Of a stretch of 64,000 nt of DNA, positions 17,607 to 28,667 are shown in pieces. Location of the stretch: positions 1-64,000 of the forward strand of contig JAQGDQ010002395.1 in assembly GCA_030141605.1 (NCBI GenBank), written 5' to 3'. The notes beneath the pieces were generated by a model, which ran no database searches, was not told the origin of the DNA, and saw nothing but the letters and a program-made list of their open reading frames with translations. A program made the position numbers and the translations under genes. How positions within the stretch are numbered: position 1 is the first letter of the stretch; each line of letters opens with the position of its first letter. The DNA is from Tubiluchus corallicola (taxonomy: Eukaryota > Animalia > Priapulida).

Positions 17607-18206
17607 CTATTTGAGTAGGAGTGTGAGTAGGAATGGGGTAAAGATTGTTAGTACTATGCCACTGAAGATTGCTATTATGGCATATTCCTTTCCTGAGTAT
17701 TTAGTGATTATAGGCAAGGAGGTATCCATAGAGGTAGCCCCTCCCGATGCTATGATAGCAAATTTGCCAAAAAATCTGATAAGCAAAGGTGCAGCAATAA
17801 GTGTAATAACCTCTCGCATAATATTGGACAGGAGTGCTATTATGCCTAGCGCTTCGCTATGCATACTGCTAATCAAGACGCTTGATAAGCTGTACCATCC
17901 AAAGCCACTTCCTACTATTACAGCCTCAAGAAGAGATGTGTTTGGTAACAGGAGAGAGGCCAGTGCTGTTCCTGCCAGTGTTCCAATTACTATTCCGGGA
18001 GGGATCAAAAATATTCTCAGATTCATAGAAAGGATTAGTTTAAATGATTTTCTATCGGCACCTATGCCTACGCCTACCAAGTACATCAGGGCGTATAGAG
18101 CGTAATTGCTATATCCTCCTTCTACAATGAAACAGGGCAGTATGTTGCAAAGCCCTAAGGCAATGCCTAGCATAAAAAGTATTAATATGGTGATGCTATT
18201 TTTCAA
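17607..18206 (-). CDS. LysO (DUF340) lysine exporter family protein
   Basis: GSGFGWYSLS, SNIMRE, GGATSMDTSLP motifs. Confidence 0.9.
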   Translation of the reverse strand: MKNSITILILFMLGIALGLCNILPCFIVEGGYSNYALYALMYLVGVGIGADRKSFKLILSMNLRIFLIPPGIVIGTLAGTALASLLLPNTSLLEAVIVGSGFGWYSLSSVLISSMHSEALGIIALLSNIMREVITLIAAPLLIRFFGKFAIIASGGATSMDTSLPIITKYSGKEYAIIAIFSGIVLTIFTPFLLTLLLK

Positions 18207-18327
18207 TTTTCTGTTTCTAATATTTATGGTTTTGCTTTAAAAATATGGATAAACTTATGATTAGTGAGATTGAGAGCAGTTTTTATCGCAATGAGTAATC
18301 AGGAGATGGCAGTATGCAGGGTTACAG

Positions 18328-18600
18328 TCATTTAAAATGGAAGAAGTATCTGTAAATCAGCCAGCAGATAAAAATACTACCGGCAATAGCACCTATTGTT
18401 ATGGTAAGTGCTTCTATTCCAATTGTTTTTATGTTAGACATGATATGCTTGTTTACTCCTACAGAGATGCCTAGTAGAAAAAGGAGAAGAAAGATAGCAG
18501 TAGAGCTTAGTATTTTGGATATTCTGATTGTTGCGTTTTGCTTGCGAAGCAAGGCGCCTGTTAGTATTCCTGCTATAATGAGAATGAGCACAGTAGTCAT
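18328..18600 (-). CDS. LysO family small membrane subunit
   Basis: IFLLLFLLGISVG motif; adjacent to the LysO large part. Confidence 0.8.
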   Translation of the reverse strand: MTTVLILIIAGILTGALLRKQNATIRISKILSSTAIFLLLFLLGISVGVNKHIMSNIKTIGIEALTITIGAIAGSIFICWLIYRYFFHFK

Positions 18601-18632
18601 ATTTACTTGATTTTTTTAAGTTTTATGCTATA

Positions 18633-19988
18633 CAATAGTTCGTTAAACATTTACATAAATATCTGACAATCAATAAAATAAATATTGAAAAAATTAGGAT
18701 AATCCCCTGATAATCAGTATCTTAAAGTTGTTTTTGACCGACAATTTTAGACATGATTATCAAGGAAATATCAAGATATAAAGATCAGGTAAAAATGATT
18801 TTAAACCAAATGGAAGGAATAAATAAGTGGCAATTCGATTTTATGCTAGACATCTTCGGACTATTTCTTAGTATCAAAGGAAAGATGAACTTTCTTCAAT
18901 TTGGTAGATATGGAAATCACTGTGAGCAACGTTATAGATATCAATTTGAAAAAGGGTTTGATTTTATGACTTTTAACAAAGAGTCGGTAATCCATTACGC
19001 AAGCAACCATCAAGCCATAGCCTTTGATCCAAGCTATATAAGCAAGTCAGGAAAGCATACATCTGGGGCTGGTTACTTTTGGTCAGGATGTGCCGGCAAA
19101 ACAAAATGGGGCTTAGAGATTGCAGGAATAGTAGCCGTTGATATTGATAATCATACAGCTTTTCATTTAGAAGCTATTCAAACCCCTAATAATCTTGAAG
19201 CAGAAAGTCTGGTTGATCATTACGCAAATGTTTTGATTCAACGCAAGGACAATCTGTTATGTGTATCAAAATACGTTTTGGCAGATGCCTATTTTTCAAA
19301 GAATAAGTTTGTAACCAAGCTTTGCGAAAATGGATTTGAAGTGATTAGTCGCCTGAGAGATGATGCTAACTTACAATACAAATTTTATGGTCAGCAAAAA
19401 GCTGGTAGAGGAAGACCTAGAAAATATGAAGGAAAGATTGACTTTGATAATTTAAAATCAAAATATTTTGAATGCTTTGAGCAAAACGAAAAATGCAAAA
19501 TATACGGAGCAACAGTTTATGCAAAATCATTAAAACGAGATGTTAATCTTGTTGTTGTTTTTACAAAAGGAACATCCCGAAAGTGGTCTCACAAGTTATA
19601 CTTCTCTACTGATTTGCAAATGAAAGCCGAGACGATTCTTGAATATTATCAAGCCAGATTCCAGATTGAGTTCATTTACAGAGATGCAAAACAATATACC
19701 GGATTGAAAGACTGTCAGGCAAGAAGTGAAAATAAATTACATTTTCATTTTAATGCGTCTCTTACTGCAGTCAATTTGGCCAAGATTAACCACTGGTTAG
19801 CTATACCAAAAATCAATAGAAATGCTTTTTCTATGGCCGATATAAAAACAATGTATCACAATGAATTACTGCTAAATAGATTTTTTAGCGTGTTCGCGGT
19901 GAGACCAAACTTAACCAAAAATAAATCCAAAATCAGAGAATTAATAACTTACGGCACTATCGCTGCATGATTATTTAACGAACTATTG
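18633..19988 (+). mobile_element. Intact IS of the IS4 superfamily (IS701/ISH3-like), 1356 bp
   Basis: Perfect 15-bp IRs CAATAGTTCGTTAAA (18633-18647 / 19974-19988); 5-bp target duplication CTATA. Confidence 0.92.
18753..19970 (+). CDS. DDE transposase
   Basis: AFDPSY, LADAYF and YQARFQIEFIYRDAK (YREK-type) motifs. Confidence 0.92.
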   Translation: MIIKEISRYKDQVKMILNQMEGINKWQFDFMLDIFGLFLSIKGKMNFLQFGRYGNHCEQRYRYQFEKGFDFMTFNKESVIHYASNHQAIAFDPSYISKSGKHTSGAGYFWSGCAGKTKWGLEIAGIVAVDIDNHTAFHLEAIQTPNNLEAESLVDHYANVLIQRKDNLLCVSKYVLADAYFSKNKFVTKLCENGFEVISRLRDDANLQYKFYGQQKAGRGRPRKYEGKIDFDNLKSKYFECFEQNEKCKIYGATVYAKSLKRDVNLVVVFTKGTSRKWSHKLYFSTDLQMKAETILEYYQARFQIEFIYRDAKQYTGLKDCQARSENKLHFHFNASLTAVNLAKINHWLAIPKINRNAFSMADIKTMYHNELLLNRFFSVFAVRPNLTKNKSKIRELITYGTIAA

Positions 19989-20355
19989 CTATAAAGATAT
20001 TAATAAATATATTCCAAATATTGTGCTGTTTTGTGTGTAGGTCTAAAAGGTTATATAGTGAGGGTGGTGTGTCAGTAAATATGGTAGTTGTTGATAATTT
20101 TATTTTGTGAGACCTGCCTTTGCATCCCTCATTTTTATTAACATTTTTGCCGAGCTCTCTTCATTTATCAGCAAGCTATAGTTTTTCATCGGGTTTTTTC
20201 TCAGTCTGGACTAAAATCTCTTGCTTTGCAAAGGCTTCATTGTTCTGGAAATTAGTAGTGAGCTTAAGTGTCTGCTTTAAGTTGCTTGTTTATTTTTTGC
20301 AGCCTTATATTAATTTCATTATTATTGTTAGTAATTGCAAAAAATATAAAGGGTT

Positions 20356-22632
20356 ATGACATACGATATTGAGGTAATTCAGCGGATATATAGTGAGATG
20401 TCTCAAAAGGTTGATGCTGCGCGTAGTTTGCTGGGCAGGCCACTAACGTTGAGTGAAAAGATACTTTATTCACATTTTCATGGCAACTGTCCCCGGAGTC
20501 CATTTGTGAGGGGTGAGTCATATGTAAATTTTATTCCAGATCGTGTTGCGATGCAGGATGCGACTGCCCAGATGGCTTTATTACAGTTTATGCAGGCAGG
20601 GAAGGCGCAGGTGTCTGTACCTTCTACTGTTCATTGTGACCATTTAATTTTGGCAAAAGATGGTGCTGAGAAGGATTTATCATCAGCCAATGAATCCAAT
20701 ATGGAGGTTTATGATTTTTTGTCGTCTGTGTCAAAAAAATATGGGATAGGATTTTGGAAGCCTGGTGCAGGAATTATCCACCAGGTTGTGTTTGAGAATT
20801 ATGCTTTTCCGGGTGGGATGATGATTGGGACAGATTCGCACACTCCAAATGCGGGAGGGATGGGAATGGTAGCTATTGGTGTTGGAGGAGCCGATGCGGT
20901 GGATGTAATGGTAGGGTTGCCGTGGGAGTTAAAGTTTCCTAAGCTGATAGGAGTGAGCTTATCCGGCAGGCTTAGTGGGTGGGCATCGCCGAAGGATGTT
21001 ATATTAAAGGTGGCAGGGTTGTTATCTGTAAAAGGAGGTACCGGCTGTATAGTAGAGTACTTTGGTGAGGGTGCGGAGTCGATATCTGCAACAGGAAAAG
21101 GTACAATCTGTAACATGGGGGCTGAGATTGGCGCGACGACTTCTAATTTTCCTTATGATGAGAGTATGTATAGGTATCTTGAGTCTACAGGTAGGCGTGA
21201 TATTGCAGAAATGGCAGAAAAAATCAAAGGGTGCCTGAGAGCGGATAAAGATGTTTATGATAATCCTGGGAAGTATTATGATAAGGTTATTGAGATAGAT
21301 TTATCGGAGCTTGAAGCTCATATAAATGGTCCGTTTACTCCCGACTTGGCAACACCTGTGTCTCAATTTGAGAAAACGGCGCGAGAGAATGGCTGGCCTC
21401 TAAAAATAGATGCAGGGCTTATTGGGTCTTGCACCAATTCATCTTATGAGGATATAGGCAGGGCTGCTTTTGTTGCGAAACAGGCAGTGGAAATGAAGCT
21501 TAAAGCTAAGGCACAGTTTACTATTACTCCCGGTTCGGAGCAGGTGAGATATACTGTTGAGCGGGATGGCTTTCTTAGTGCACTTACTGATATTGGAGGA
21601 ACAGTGCTGGCGAATGCTTGTGGTCCATGTATAGGTCAGTGGAAGAGGCATAATGCAGAGAGCCTTCGGGAAAATTCTATTATGACATCATTTAACCGGA
21701 ACTTTTCGAAAAGAAATGATGGGAATCCAAATACGCACAGTTTTGTTGCTTCTCCTGAGATTGTAACTGCTTTTTCTATTGCAGGTACTTTATGCTTCAA
21801 TCCTGTTACTGATTTTTTGGTGAATGAAGATGGAGAAAAGGTGAAGCTGGATGAGCCTCTTGCCAACAGTTTGCCAGAGAAAGGTTTCGAAGTAGAAGAT
21901 AGCGGGTTTGTCCCACCTTCTAAGGTTTTGCAGGATACAAAAGTGGTTATAGATCCTAAGTCGGATAGGTTGCAGGTTTTGGAGCCTTTCAATGAGTGGG
22001 AAGGGAAAGATCTTACCGGCATGAGGGTGCTTATAAAAGCGAGGGGTAAGTGTACAACAGATCATATATCAATGGCCGGAGACTGGTTGAAGTTTAGAGG
22101 GCACCTTGATAACATATCGAATAATATGCTTATTGGTGCGATTAATGACTTCAATGCAAAAGCCAATTGTGTGAAGAATCAACTTACATCAGACTATGGA
22201 GAGGTACCTGCTGTAGCCAGAGCATATAAGAGTGCCGGAGTTGGGTCTGTGGTAGTAGGTGATGAAAACTATGGAGAGGGTTCGTCAAGAGAGCATGCTG
22301 CAATGGAGCCTCGACATCTGGGTGTCAGGGCTGTTATAGTACGCTCATTTGCACGTATTCATGAAACAAATTTGAAAAAGCAGGGAGTTTTGGCATTGGT
22401 TTTTAAAGATCCTGATGATTACCTAAAAGTTCTTGAAGATGATATAGTTGACATCATAGGCCTTGAAAAGTTCACCCCAACTGCTTCTTTGTATATGAAG
22501 CTGGTTCATGAAGATGGGACTATTGATAAGTTTGAGGTGCTACATACTTATAATCAAGCTCAGGTAGAGTGGTTTAAGGCTGGCTCATGCCTTAATTTTA
22601 TAAAGAGAGAGCAAGTAGATTGCAGGCTTTAG
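20356..22632 (+). CDS. acnA: Aconitate hydratase
   Basis: [48 protein letters not shown]. Confidence 0.96.
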   Translation: MTYDIEVIQRIYSEMSQKVDAARSLLGRPLTLSEKILYSHFHGNCPRSPFVRGESYVNFIPDRVAMQDATAQMALLQFMQAGKAQVSVPSTVHCDHLILAKDGAEKDLSSANESNMEVYDFLSSVSKKYGIGFWKPGAGIIHQVVFENYAFPGGMMIGTDSHTPNAGGMGMVAIGVGGADAVDVMVGLPWELKFPKLIGVSLSGRLSGWASPKDVILKVAGLLSVKGGTGCIVEYFGEGAESISATGKGTICNMGAEIGATTSNFPYDESMYRYLESTGRRDIAEMAEKIKGCLRADKDVYDNPGKYYDKVIEIDLSELEAHINGPFTPDLATPVSQFEKTARENGWPLKIDAGLIGSCTNSSYEDIGRAAFVAKQAVEMKLKAKAQFTITPGSEQVRYTVERDGFLSALTDIGGTVLANACGPCIGQWKRHNAESLRENSIMTSFNRNFSKRNDGNPNTHSFVASPEIVTAFSIAGTLCFNPVTDFLVNEDGEKVKLDEPLANSLPEKGFEVEDSGFVPPSKVLQDTKVVIDPKSDRLQVLEPFNEWEGKDLTGMRVLIKARGKCTTDHISMAGDWLKFRGHLDNISNNMLIGAINDFNAKANCVKNQLTSDYGEVPAVARAYKSAGVGSVVVGDENYGEGSSREHAAMEPRHLGVRAVIVRSFARIHETNLKKQGVLALVFKDPDDYLKVLEDDIVDIIGLEKFTPTASLYMKLVHEDGTIDKFEVLHTYNQAQVEWFKAGSCLNFIKREQVDCRL

Positions 22633-22668
22633 AATCACTACAGAGCTGTTTAGGGGTAAAGTGTGATA

Positions 22669-23574
22669 ATGTCAAATACTCTTATAGTTTTAACAGGCCC
22701 CACAGGAGTGGGAAAAACAGAGTTGAGTGTTAGAATAGCTTCTTATTTTAATACTGAGATTATTTCGTGCGATTCTAGGCAACTGTACAGAGAGATGAGA
22801 ATAGGAACAGCTGTACCAAGTGATGATATTCTAAATTCTATACCGCATCATTTTATACAATATCTTCGGGTAAAAGAGGAGTACAATGCCGGGATGTTTG
22901 AGCTTGATGTCATTGCAAAACTCAACGTTCTTTTTAAGAGCTATAGGCAAGTTTTAATGACAGGAGGTTCGATGATGTATATAGATGCTGTGTGTAAAGG
23001 TATTGACCTGCTTCCTGCAATAAGCCCGGAGCTTCGAAAGCAGCTTTTGTCTCTGTATGATGCTGAGGGCATAGAAGGGATAAGAATGCAACTCAGGCGC
23101 CTGGATCCTGATTATTATGAGGTTGTGGATCTTAGGAATCATAAGCGTATTTTACATGCCCTTGAGGTATGTTTTATGGCGGGGAAACCCTATTCTTCAT
23201 TTCTTACAGGAAAAAAGAAGGAGCAGGATTTTGATATTGTTAAAGTATGCCTAAACCGTGATAGAGGTGAGTTGTATGAAAGGATTAATGAGAGAGTGGA
23301 TAAAATGGTTGCAGATGGTTTGGTAGATGAAGTTAGGTTGTTAATGCCGTTTAAGGGGTTACAGGCGTTGAATAGTGTAGGTTACAGGGAGATATTTTCA
23401 TATTTTGAAGGAGAGATATCACTTGATGAGGCTATAGAAAAGATTAAAGCAAATTCCAGGAAGTATGCTAGAAAGCAGCTTACCTGGTTAAAACGGGATA
23501 AAGAGTACAAATGGTTTCACCCCAATGATTTCAATGATATAATATCTTTTATTGAGCAAAGTTGTGCCGACTAG
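22669..23574 (+). CDS. miaA: tRNA dimethylallyltransferase
   Basis: GPTGVGKT, DSRQLY, PHHF, VGYRE, RKYARKQLTW. Confidence 0.96.
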   Translation: MSNTLIVLTGPTGVGKTELSVRIASYFNTEIISCDSRQLYREMRIGTAVPSDDILNSIPHHFIQYLRVKEEYNAGMFELDVIAKLNVLFKSYRQVLMTGGSMMYIDAVCKGIDLLPAISPELRKQLLSLYDAEGIEGIRMQLRRLDPDYYEVVDLRNHKRILHALEVCFMAGKPYSSFLTGKKKEQDFDIVKVCLNRDRGELYERINERVDKMVADGLVDEVRLLMPFKGLQALNSVGYREIFSYFEGEISLDEAIEKIKANSRKYARKQLTWLKRDKEYKWFHPNDFNDIISFIEQSCAD

Positions 23575-23602
23575 AGTAGGATTGAATGGTATGGGTAGTG
23601 AT

Positions 23603-24061
23603 TTAAAACAGGTGCGCTATTTTACTACACACCCTTTCAAGGAATGTTTTATCTGCGCTAGTGAATGGAGCAAGCAAGTGTGAGTCTATATCCAATTCTG
23701 CTACAAATCTATTATCTTTTATTATGGGGACAACTATCTCACTTTGCACGTTAATACTGCATGCAATATAGTTTTTTTCTTTGCTTACATCCTGTGCAAT
23801 AATTGTCTGCTTGCTTTCTGCTACTTGCCCGCATATTCCTTTTCCAACAGGAATTACTGTATGTTCGGTAGGTTTGCCCCTGTATGCACCAAGTGTTAGC
23901 GATTTGCTTGCTGTATCCATTACATAGAATCCAACCCAGTCGTAGTGATAAATATTTTCTTTCAATATATCACATATACTCTGCAGTGTCTCTTCTGCCG
24001 GGTTCTCTCTTTTCAGCAGTTTATAAAGCAGGTTGTTTACAGTAGAGAAGTCTGATTTCAT
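23603..24061 (-). CDS. GAF domain protein (fRMsr/MsrC-like)
   Basis: WVGFY, GKGICG, YIACS, SEIVVPI, LDIDS. Confidence 0.85.
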   Translation of the reverse strand: MKSDFSTVNNLLYKLLKRENPAEETLQSICDILKENIYHYDWVGFYVMDTASKSLTLGAYRGKPTEHTVIPVGKGICGQVAESKQTIIAQDVSKEKNYIACSINVQSEIVVPIIKDNRFVAELDIDSHLLAPFTSADKTFLERVCSKIAHLF

Positions 24062-24106
24062 TAGTTTGTATTCGACAGATAAGATTTTTTAATATTCAGG
24101 TGGAAA

Positions 24107-24562
24107 CTATTTAATCACTATTTCATCGCTGTGCATTATTTTTTCACAGTATCTGCATTTAAATGACATTGAGTTGCCCTCTGCAATTACCTGAAACCGT
24201 GTTGTGATGTCTTCTTCATTGGTAATGCATTGTGGGTTAATGCATTTGACAATGTCTTTTATTTTTTCAGGAACCTGCACCAGTCTTTTTTCTACCACTT
24301 TATAGTTTTTGATAGTGCTAAGTTTTGCATTGGGAGATACAAGGGCTATCTTATTGATTTCATCATCTTTAAAAAAGCGATTTGCAACTTTAATGATAGC
24401 TTTGTTTTTATATACTTTACTGTCAAGGTTGTTTCCGAATGTTATCATGTTGTTACATTCTTCTAGGTGCAATATAGATATTACCTTGAATAGGGATGAG
24501 GGGAGAATATGATCTATTACTGTCCCATTTTTTATAGCACTTACCTTTAATTGTTGCTCCAT
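24107..24562 (-). CDS. pyrI: Aspartate carbamoyltransferase regulatory chain
   Basis: VSAIKNGTVIDHI, CINPQCIT, CRYCEK. Confidence 0.96.
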   Translation of the reverse strand: MEQQLKVSAIKNGTVIDHILPSSLFKVISILHLEECNNMITFGNNLDSKVYKNKAIIKVANRFFKDDEINKIALVSPNAKLSTIKNYKVVEKRLVQVPEKIKDIVKCINPQCITNEEDITTRFQVIAEGNSMSFKCRYCEKIMHSDEIVIK

Positions 24563-24589
24563 TGTTTTTTGTTTTTTATTTGCGAAGGG

Positions 24590-25495
24590 CTACATAAGTT
24601 TTAATAAGAAGGATATTATTGCCATTCTGGCATATATTCCGTTTGATGCCTGAGTGAAGTAATATGCTTTATCGCTGCTGTCCACATCTGTGCTTATTTC
24701 ATTGACTCGCGGAAGCGGATGGAGTATTTTCAGGTTCTTTTTAGTATTGTTCAGCATTGCTTTATTGAGGACGTATGTATTTTTTACTTTTTCATAGTCA
24801 ACCGGGTCAGGGAAGCGCTCTTGTTGTACCCTTGTCATATACAGTATATCCGCTTTGTCTATTATATCTGTAAATTCATTATGTTCGAAGTAACATATTT
24901 TTTTTGAGTCGAGGTATAGTTTGTACTCTTTGGGCATAGCAAGTTCTGGAGGTGCGATGAAATTAAAAATGGGGTTTTCGAATTCCGATATTGCCATTAG
25001 AAGGCTGTGCACTGTACGTCCATACTTTAGGTCTCCTACCAAAAAGAGGTTTATGTTGTCAAGAGTTTTCTGTGTTTTAATGATAGAGTACAGGTCGAGC
25101 AGCGTTTGTGTAGGGTGCTGGTTTGCACCATCCCCCGCGTTAATTATTGGAATATCTGATATTTCAGAAGCGTAGCGTGCGCTACCTTCCAGTGGGTGTC
25201 TCATAATAATGAGGTCAGCATACTTGTTTACCACTTTAATAGTGTCGTGCAGTGTTTCTCCTTTTGATACACTGGATGATGAAGAGTCAGAGAATCCAAT
25301 TATTCTGCCTCCTAAGCGATTAATAGCTGTTTCGAAGCTTAGCCTTGTGCGTGTTGAGGGCTCAAAAAAGAGAGTGGCAATAACCTTTCCTTCCAGAAGG
25401 TTTTGGTTTGGATTTGATTCAAAGTCTGCCGCCAGCTCCATTATTCGCACATATTCGTCTTTTGTGAAGTCGGTAATTGAGATAAGATGTTTCAC
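24590..25495 (-). CDS. pyrB: Aspartate carbamoyltransferase catalytic chain
   Basis: [31 protein letters not shown]. Confidence 0.97.
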   Translation of the reverse strand: MKHLISITDFTKDEYVRIMELAADFESNPNQNLLEGKVIATLFFEPSTRTRLSFETAINRLGGRIIGFSDSSSSSVSKGETLHDTIKVVNKYADLIIMRHPLEGSARYASEISDIPIINAGDGANQHPTQTLLDLYSIIKTQKTLDNINLFLVGDLKYGRTVHSLLMAISEFENPIFNFIAPPELAMPKEYKLYLDSKKICYFEHNEFTDIIDKADILYMTRVQQERFPDPVDYEKVKNTYVLNKAMLNNTKKNLKILHPLPRVNEISTDVDSSDKAYYFTQASNGIYARMAIISFLLKLM

Positions 25496-25538
25496 TTTTT
25501 AAGTGTTAATTAAGTTTATATAAGTTTTGTGACATTTA

Positions 25539-26315
25539 TTAAGATAAACTATACAGGGCTATTGCAAGAGTCATCTTTTTATTGATATTTTCATCAAAAT
25601 CTTTATTTGTGAGCTGTCTGAAAGCTGTTGTTGTTTGAATCAAATTTTCTTGTTTCATGAAGGGTTCTATATATGATTTATTGGTATTTATATTTAATAG
25701 TGCTTTGTTATTAATTTGCGGTGAGTTTTCTTTTCTTATTTCGATTTTCGATTTTTTGATTTTGGCAATTTCGCTGATAATTTTTTCTATACTCGATTTC
25801 TGTACTGCAAGTAGAGTGTAGCAGCTTATTCCTAAGGTTACCTCAACTTGTTTGAGCTTACGCTCTTTGATGATACACATTACACTGTTCATTGCAGAGT
25901 AGTCAAACTTAACTGTAATTAGGCTTTTAGTTCTGTATGTAGCGACAGAGGAGTTATTTAATGCGTTGGCAGCAGCGTTTTTGTATGCGCTGGTTAGCCC
26001 TCTTCTGCCTAGTAATGTTCCTCCAAAGTAATGTATTACTATTATTAAGACATTACATAGCTTTCTTGATTGTATCTGACTTAGTATTGGCTTGCCTGCC
26101 GTTCTCTGTGGTTCCCTGCTATCGCTTATTTTATGTTTTTTATTATCAATACCAATAGACCATGCATAGCAGCAGTGCTTAGCGGAGTGATGTTCTTTTT
26201 TTATCCTGGTATAACCCATAAAATAAAAAGGACGAAGAAATTGTATGATTCGCCTTATTTTCTTGCATATTTTGTTCAGTGGGCTGTAAATATATGATTT
26301 TTTTAATTTAAACAT
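25539..26315 (-). pseudogene. yigZ: Degenerate YigZ/IMPACT family gene
   Basis: HCCYAW, EP..TAGKPIL and YFGGTLLG..GL..AY recognisable, but the conserved DDGEP reads SDSREP, the N-terminus is eroded and the C-terminus runs on. Confidence 0.6.
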
Positions 26316-26492
26316 AGGTTTAGTGGTTATTTTTTTGCGTTGGTGGTTCGTTCTATAATTTTGAGTTGTTTGATGAGTTTTTGTAGTTCTTTTTTGTTGT
26401 GTTGTGTGAGGGTTTTTTGTAGGGGCTTTTGTGTAGCACAAATTGGTTGAATTGTGTGTAGTTGCTTTGTGCTAGCCCGGGGGAATTAGTGT

Positions 26493-26766
26493 GTTGGTGG
26501 CTATGATGGGGGGACTCCCAGCCTGGTACTACGACTAACAGCTACTGGGATATAGCTAGCACAGGACAAAACAATTTTTCTGGTGATGAGAAGGGTGTTT
26601 CCTCAGGAGAAAACTTGAAGAATGAGGGGAATGATTATATAGAATAAAGAAGCAGATGGCGATGGTACAACAAAGGTTTTCGTTAACTGGAATTTTGGCG
26701 ACGATGATGATAATCCTTGGGGATGGTTGGATGGTAATTGGCCTATTTTTTTATTGGGTAGAATAA
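26493..26766 (+). pseudogene. Orphan 3' fragment of a GLUG-lipoprotein family gene
   Basis: Reads NSYWDIASTGQNNFSGDEKGVSSGENLKNEG.../ADGDGTTKVFVNWNFGDDDDNPWGWLDGNWPIF(fs)YWVE*, homologous to the C-termini of the array genes; frameshifts present. Confidence 0.85.
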
Positions 26767-26797
26767 GAATTAGAGTTACAAGGAGCAAAGGAATTAG

Positions 26798-26830
26798 AAC
26801 CGTGCTAGCAAGAAGTAGCACGGTTTTTTT
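26798..26830 (+). terminator. Terminator homologous to the array-gene terminators
   Basis: AACCGTGCT-loop-AGCACGGTTTTTTT. Confidence 0.75.
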
Positions 26831-26993
26831 CACATAAATTTTGTATGCTAATTATTAATAATGATAATGTAATATCAATTGGCAGAAAATGATATATAGT
26901 GCTTACTGCGGTAGCATAAAAAAAGGGGTGAAAAGTCCCTTTTTTGCATTTTTGTGTCTGTATGGTTTATTTTGTTTGTTGAGGTTGTTATGC

Positions 26994-28385
26994 TCAGGAT
27001 ATTAGTTTTTGCCCTATTTCACTTAAACTGTATTGAAATTTTTTATCTATGTCTTTGAGATTGTTAACAGTTTTATATGAGTGTAGTACAGTGGCGTGGT
27101 CTTTACCTCCTATAGCTGCTCCTATTGAGGAAAGAGATAATTTGGTTAGTTTTTTTGCAAAGTACATAGCTATTTGCCTTGCCTGAACAATTTCACGCTT
27201 TCTTACTTTTGATTGGAATTCGTTTTCCGATATGTTGTAATACTCACATACCGTTTCGCAAATAGAGTTGATCTGTACTTCACGTTTTGTGGTTTGTACC
27301 AGGTTGCTAACTACCTCTGAAGCATATTTTACCGTGTCTTCTCCGTCACCAAGTCTTATTCGTGCCAGCAGAGAGTTCAGGGCCCCTTCCAGCTCTCGTA
27401 TGTTAGATGTAATTTCTGATGCTATATGTTCGAGTACCTCATCGGAGATAGTAACGCCACTATTCATTTTTCTCTGCAAAATTTTAACTCTGGTACTAAA
27501 ATCGGGGATAGTCAGTTGTGCCGATAGCCCCCACTTGAACCTTGACAGTAGCCGTTCGTCCAAACCGACAAGTTCTTTAGGGGATCGATCAGAAGTTAAG
27601 ACTAGCTGTTTATCTAACTGATGAAGATGGTTGAAGATATGGAAAAATGTTCTCTGTGTTTTTTCTTTGTTTGCAAAGTCTTGCGCATCGTCAACTATCA
27701 AGGCATCTGCCATTTGATAGAAATTGATAAAGCTATTTAGTTCGTTTTCGCGCACTGCGCTGGTATATTGATTTTGAAATTTGTTTGCACTAACATAGAC
27801 CACAGCTTTTTCGGGAAACTTTTTCTTTATTTCCAAGCTAATCGCCTGAGCAAGATGAGTTTTTCCCAAGCCGGATTTGCCATAAATAAATAATGGGTTA
27901 TAGGTATTGACACCTGGTTCCTTAGCAATGGCGTCACCAGCACTTCGAGCTAATTTATTACATTGTCCCTCTACAAAGTCATCGAATGTATTTTTACTAT
28001 CAACCTGTGGGATAATGTTTACTTTTTTTATGTTGTATCCGACCTCAAATGGGTTTTTTGCTGTAGCATCCGATTTTTTCTTTATTTGAGCTATGGATTG
28101 CCTTTTCCCTCTGCTTTCAGGCGTGTTGTTCCTATTCTTTAAGTAAGTATATTCAAGTTTTGCATCGCTGCCGACTACTGCCTTTACTGCCTTACTGATG
28201 ACTTCTATGTAGTTTTCTTCAAGATATTCGCAAAAAAACTTACTGGGGACACGAATGGTCAATACGTTACTACTCAATTTTAGAGGAACGATTGGTTTAA
28301 ACCACGTATCAAAGCTGCTAGGAGCCACATATTGTTTTGTGATTCGCAAACAGTTCTCCCATATTTTTGCGTAATCTTGGTTCAT
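26994..28385 (-). CDS. dnaA: Chromosomal replication initiator DnaA
   Basis: FDTWF, NPLFIYGKSGLGKTHL, NIRELEGAL, RQIAMY, GGKDHATVLH. Confidence 0.97.
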   Translation of the reverse strand: MNQDYAKIWENCLRITKQYVAPSSFDTWFKPIVPLKLSSNVLTIRVPSKFFCEYLEENYIEVISKAVKAVVGSDAKLEYTYLKNRNNTPESRGKRQSIAQIKKKSDATAKNPFEVGYNIKKVNIIPQVDSKNTFDDFVEGQCNKLARSAGDAIAKEPGVNTYNPLFIYGKSGLGKTHLAQAISLEIKKKFPEKAVVYVSANKFQNQYTSAVRENELNSFINFYQMADALIVDDAQDFANKEKTQRTFFHIFNHLHQLDKQLVLTSDRSPKELVGLDERLLSRFKWGLSAQLTIPDFSTRVKILQRKMNSGVTISDEVLEHIASEITSNIRELEGALNSLLARIRLGDGEDTVKYASEVVSNLVQTTKREVQINSICETVCEYYNISENEFQSKVRKREIVQARQIAMYFAKKLTKLSLSSIGAAIGGKDHATVLHSYKTVNNLKDIDKKFQYSLSEIGQKLIS

Positions 28386-28667
28386 GATAATTATAAAAGT
28401 TTAAGGGTGAGATTTTACAAACATTAACCACTTTTCTGAAGCAAAGATGAGAAAAAAATATATAGAAAAAAAGCACATTTTTTTTGTATTTTTCTATGAG
28501 ATTCTATTTCAAAAAGTTAAAATTAAAGTTTTTTTTAATTTTTTCTATGTGATTGATTGATAAGGGTTTACGAGGATGTTTTTGAATTGATTTGTGCTAC
28601 AGCTAATTATATCATAGACCAAAGTTCCTATTAATTTTAAGTGATAAATTGATAGTCTAATGGTAGT

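Noticed and set aside
17607-18600. Split LysO as a broken gene
   Set aside because: A two-gene arrangement is usual in Bacteroidota and both ORFs look intact
20356-22632. Mitochondrial-type aconitase as eukaryotic gene transfer
   Set aside because: This aconitase type is normal in Bacteroidota
26603-26833. 76-aa minus-strand ORF
   Set aside because: Shadow of the plus-strand lipoprotein fragment and its terminator
28386-28667. oriC upstream of dnaA
   Set aside because: AT-rich, but no clear TTATCCACA box cluster and no visible skew switch across dnaA
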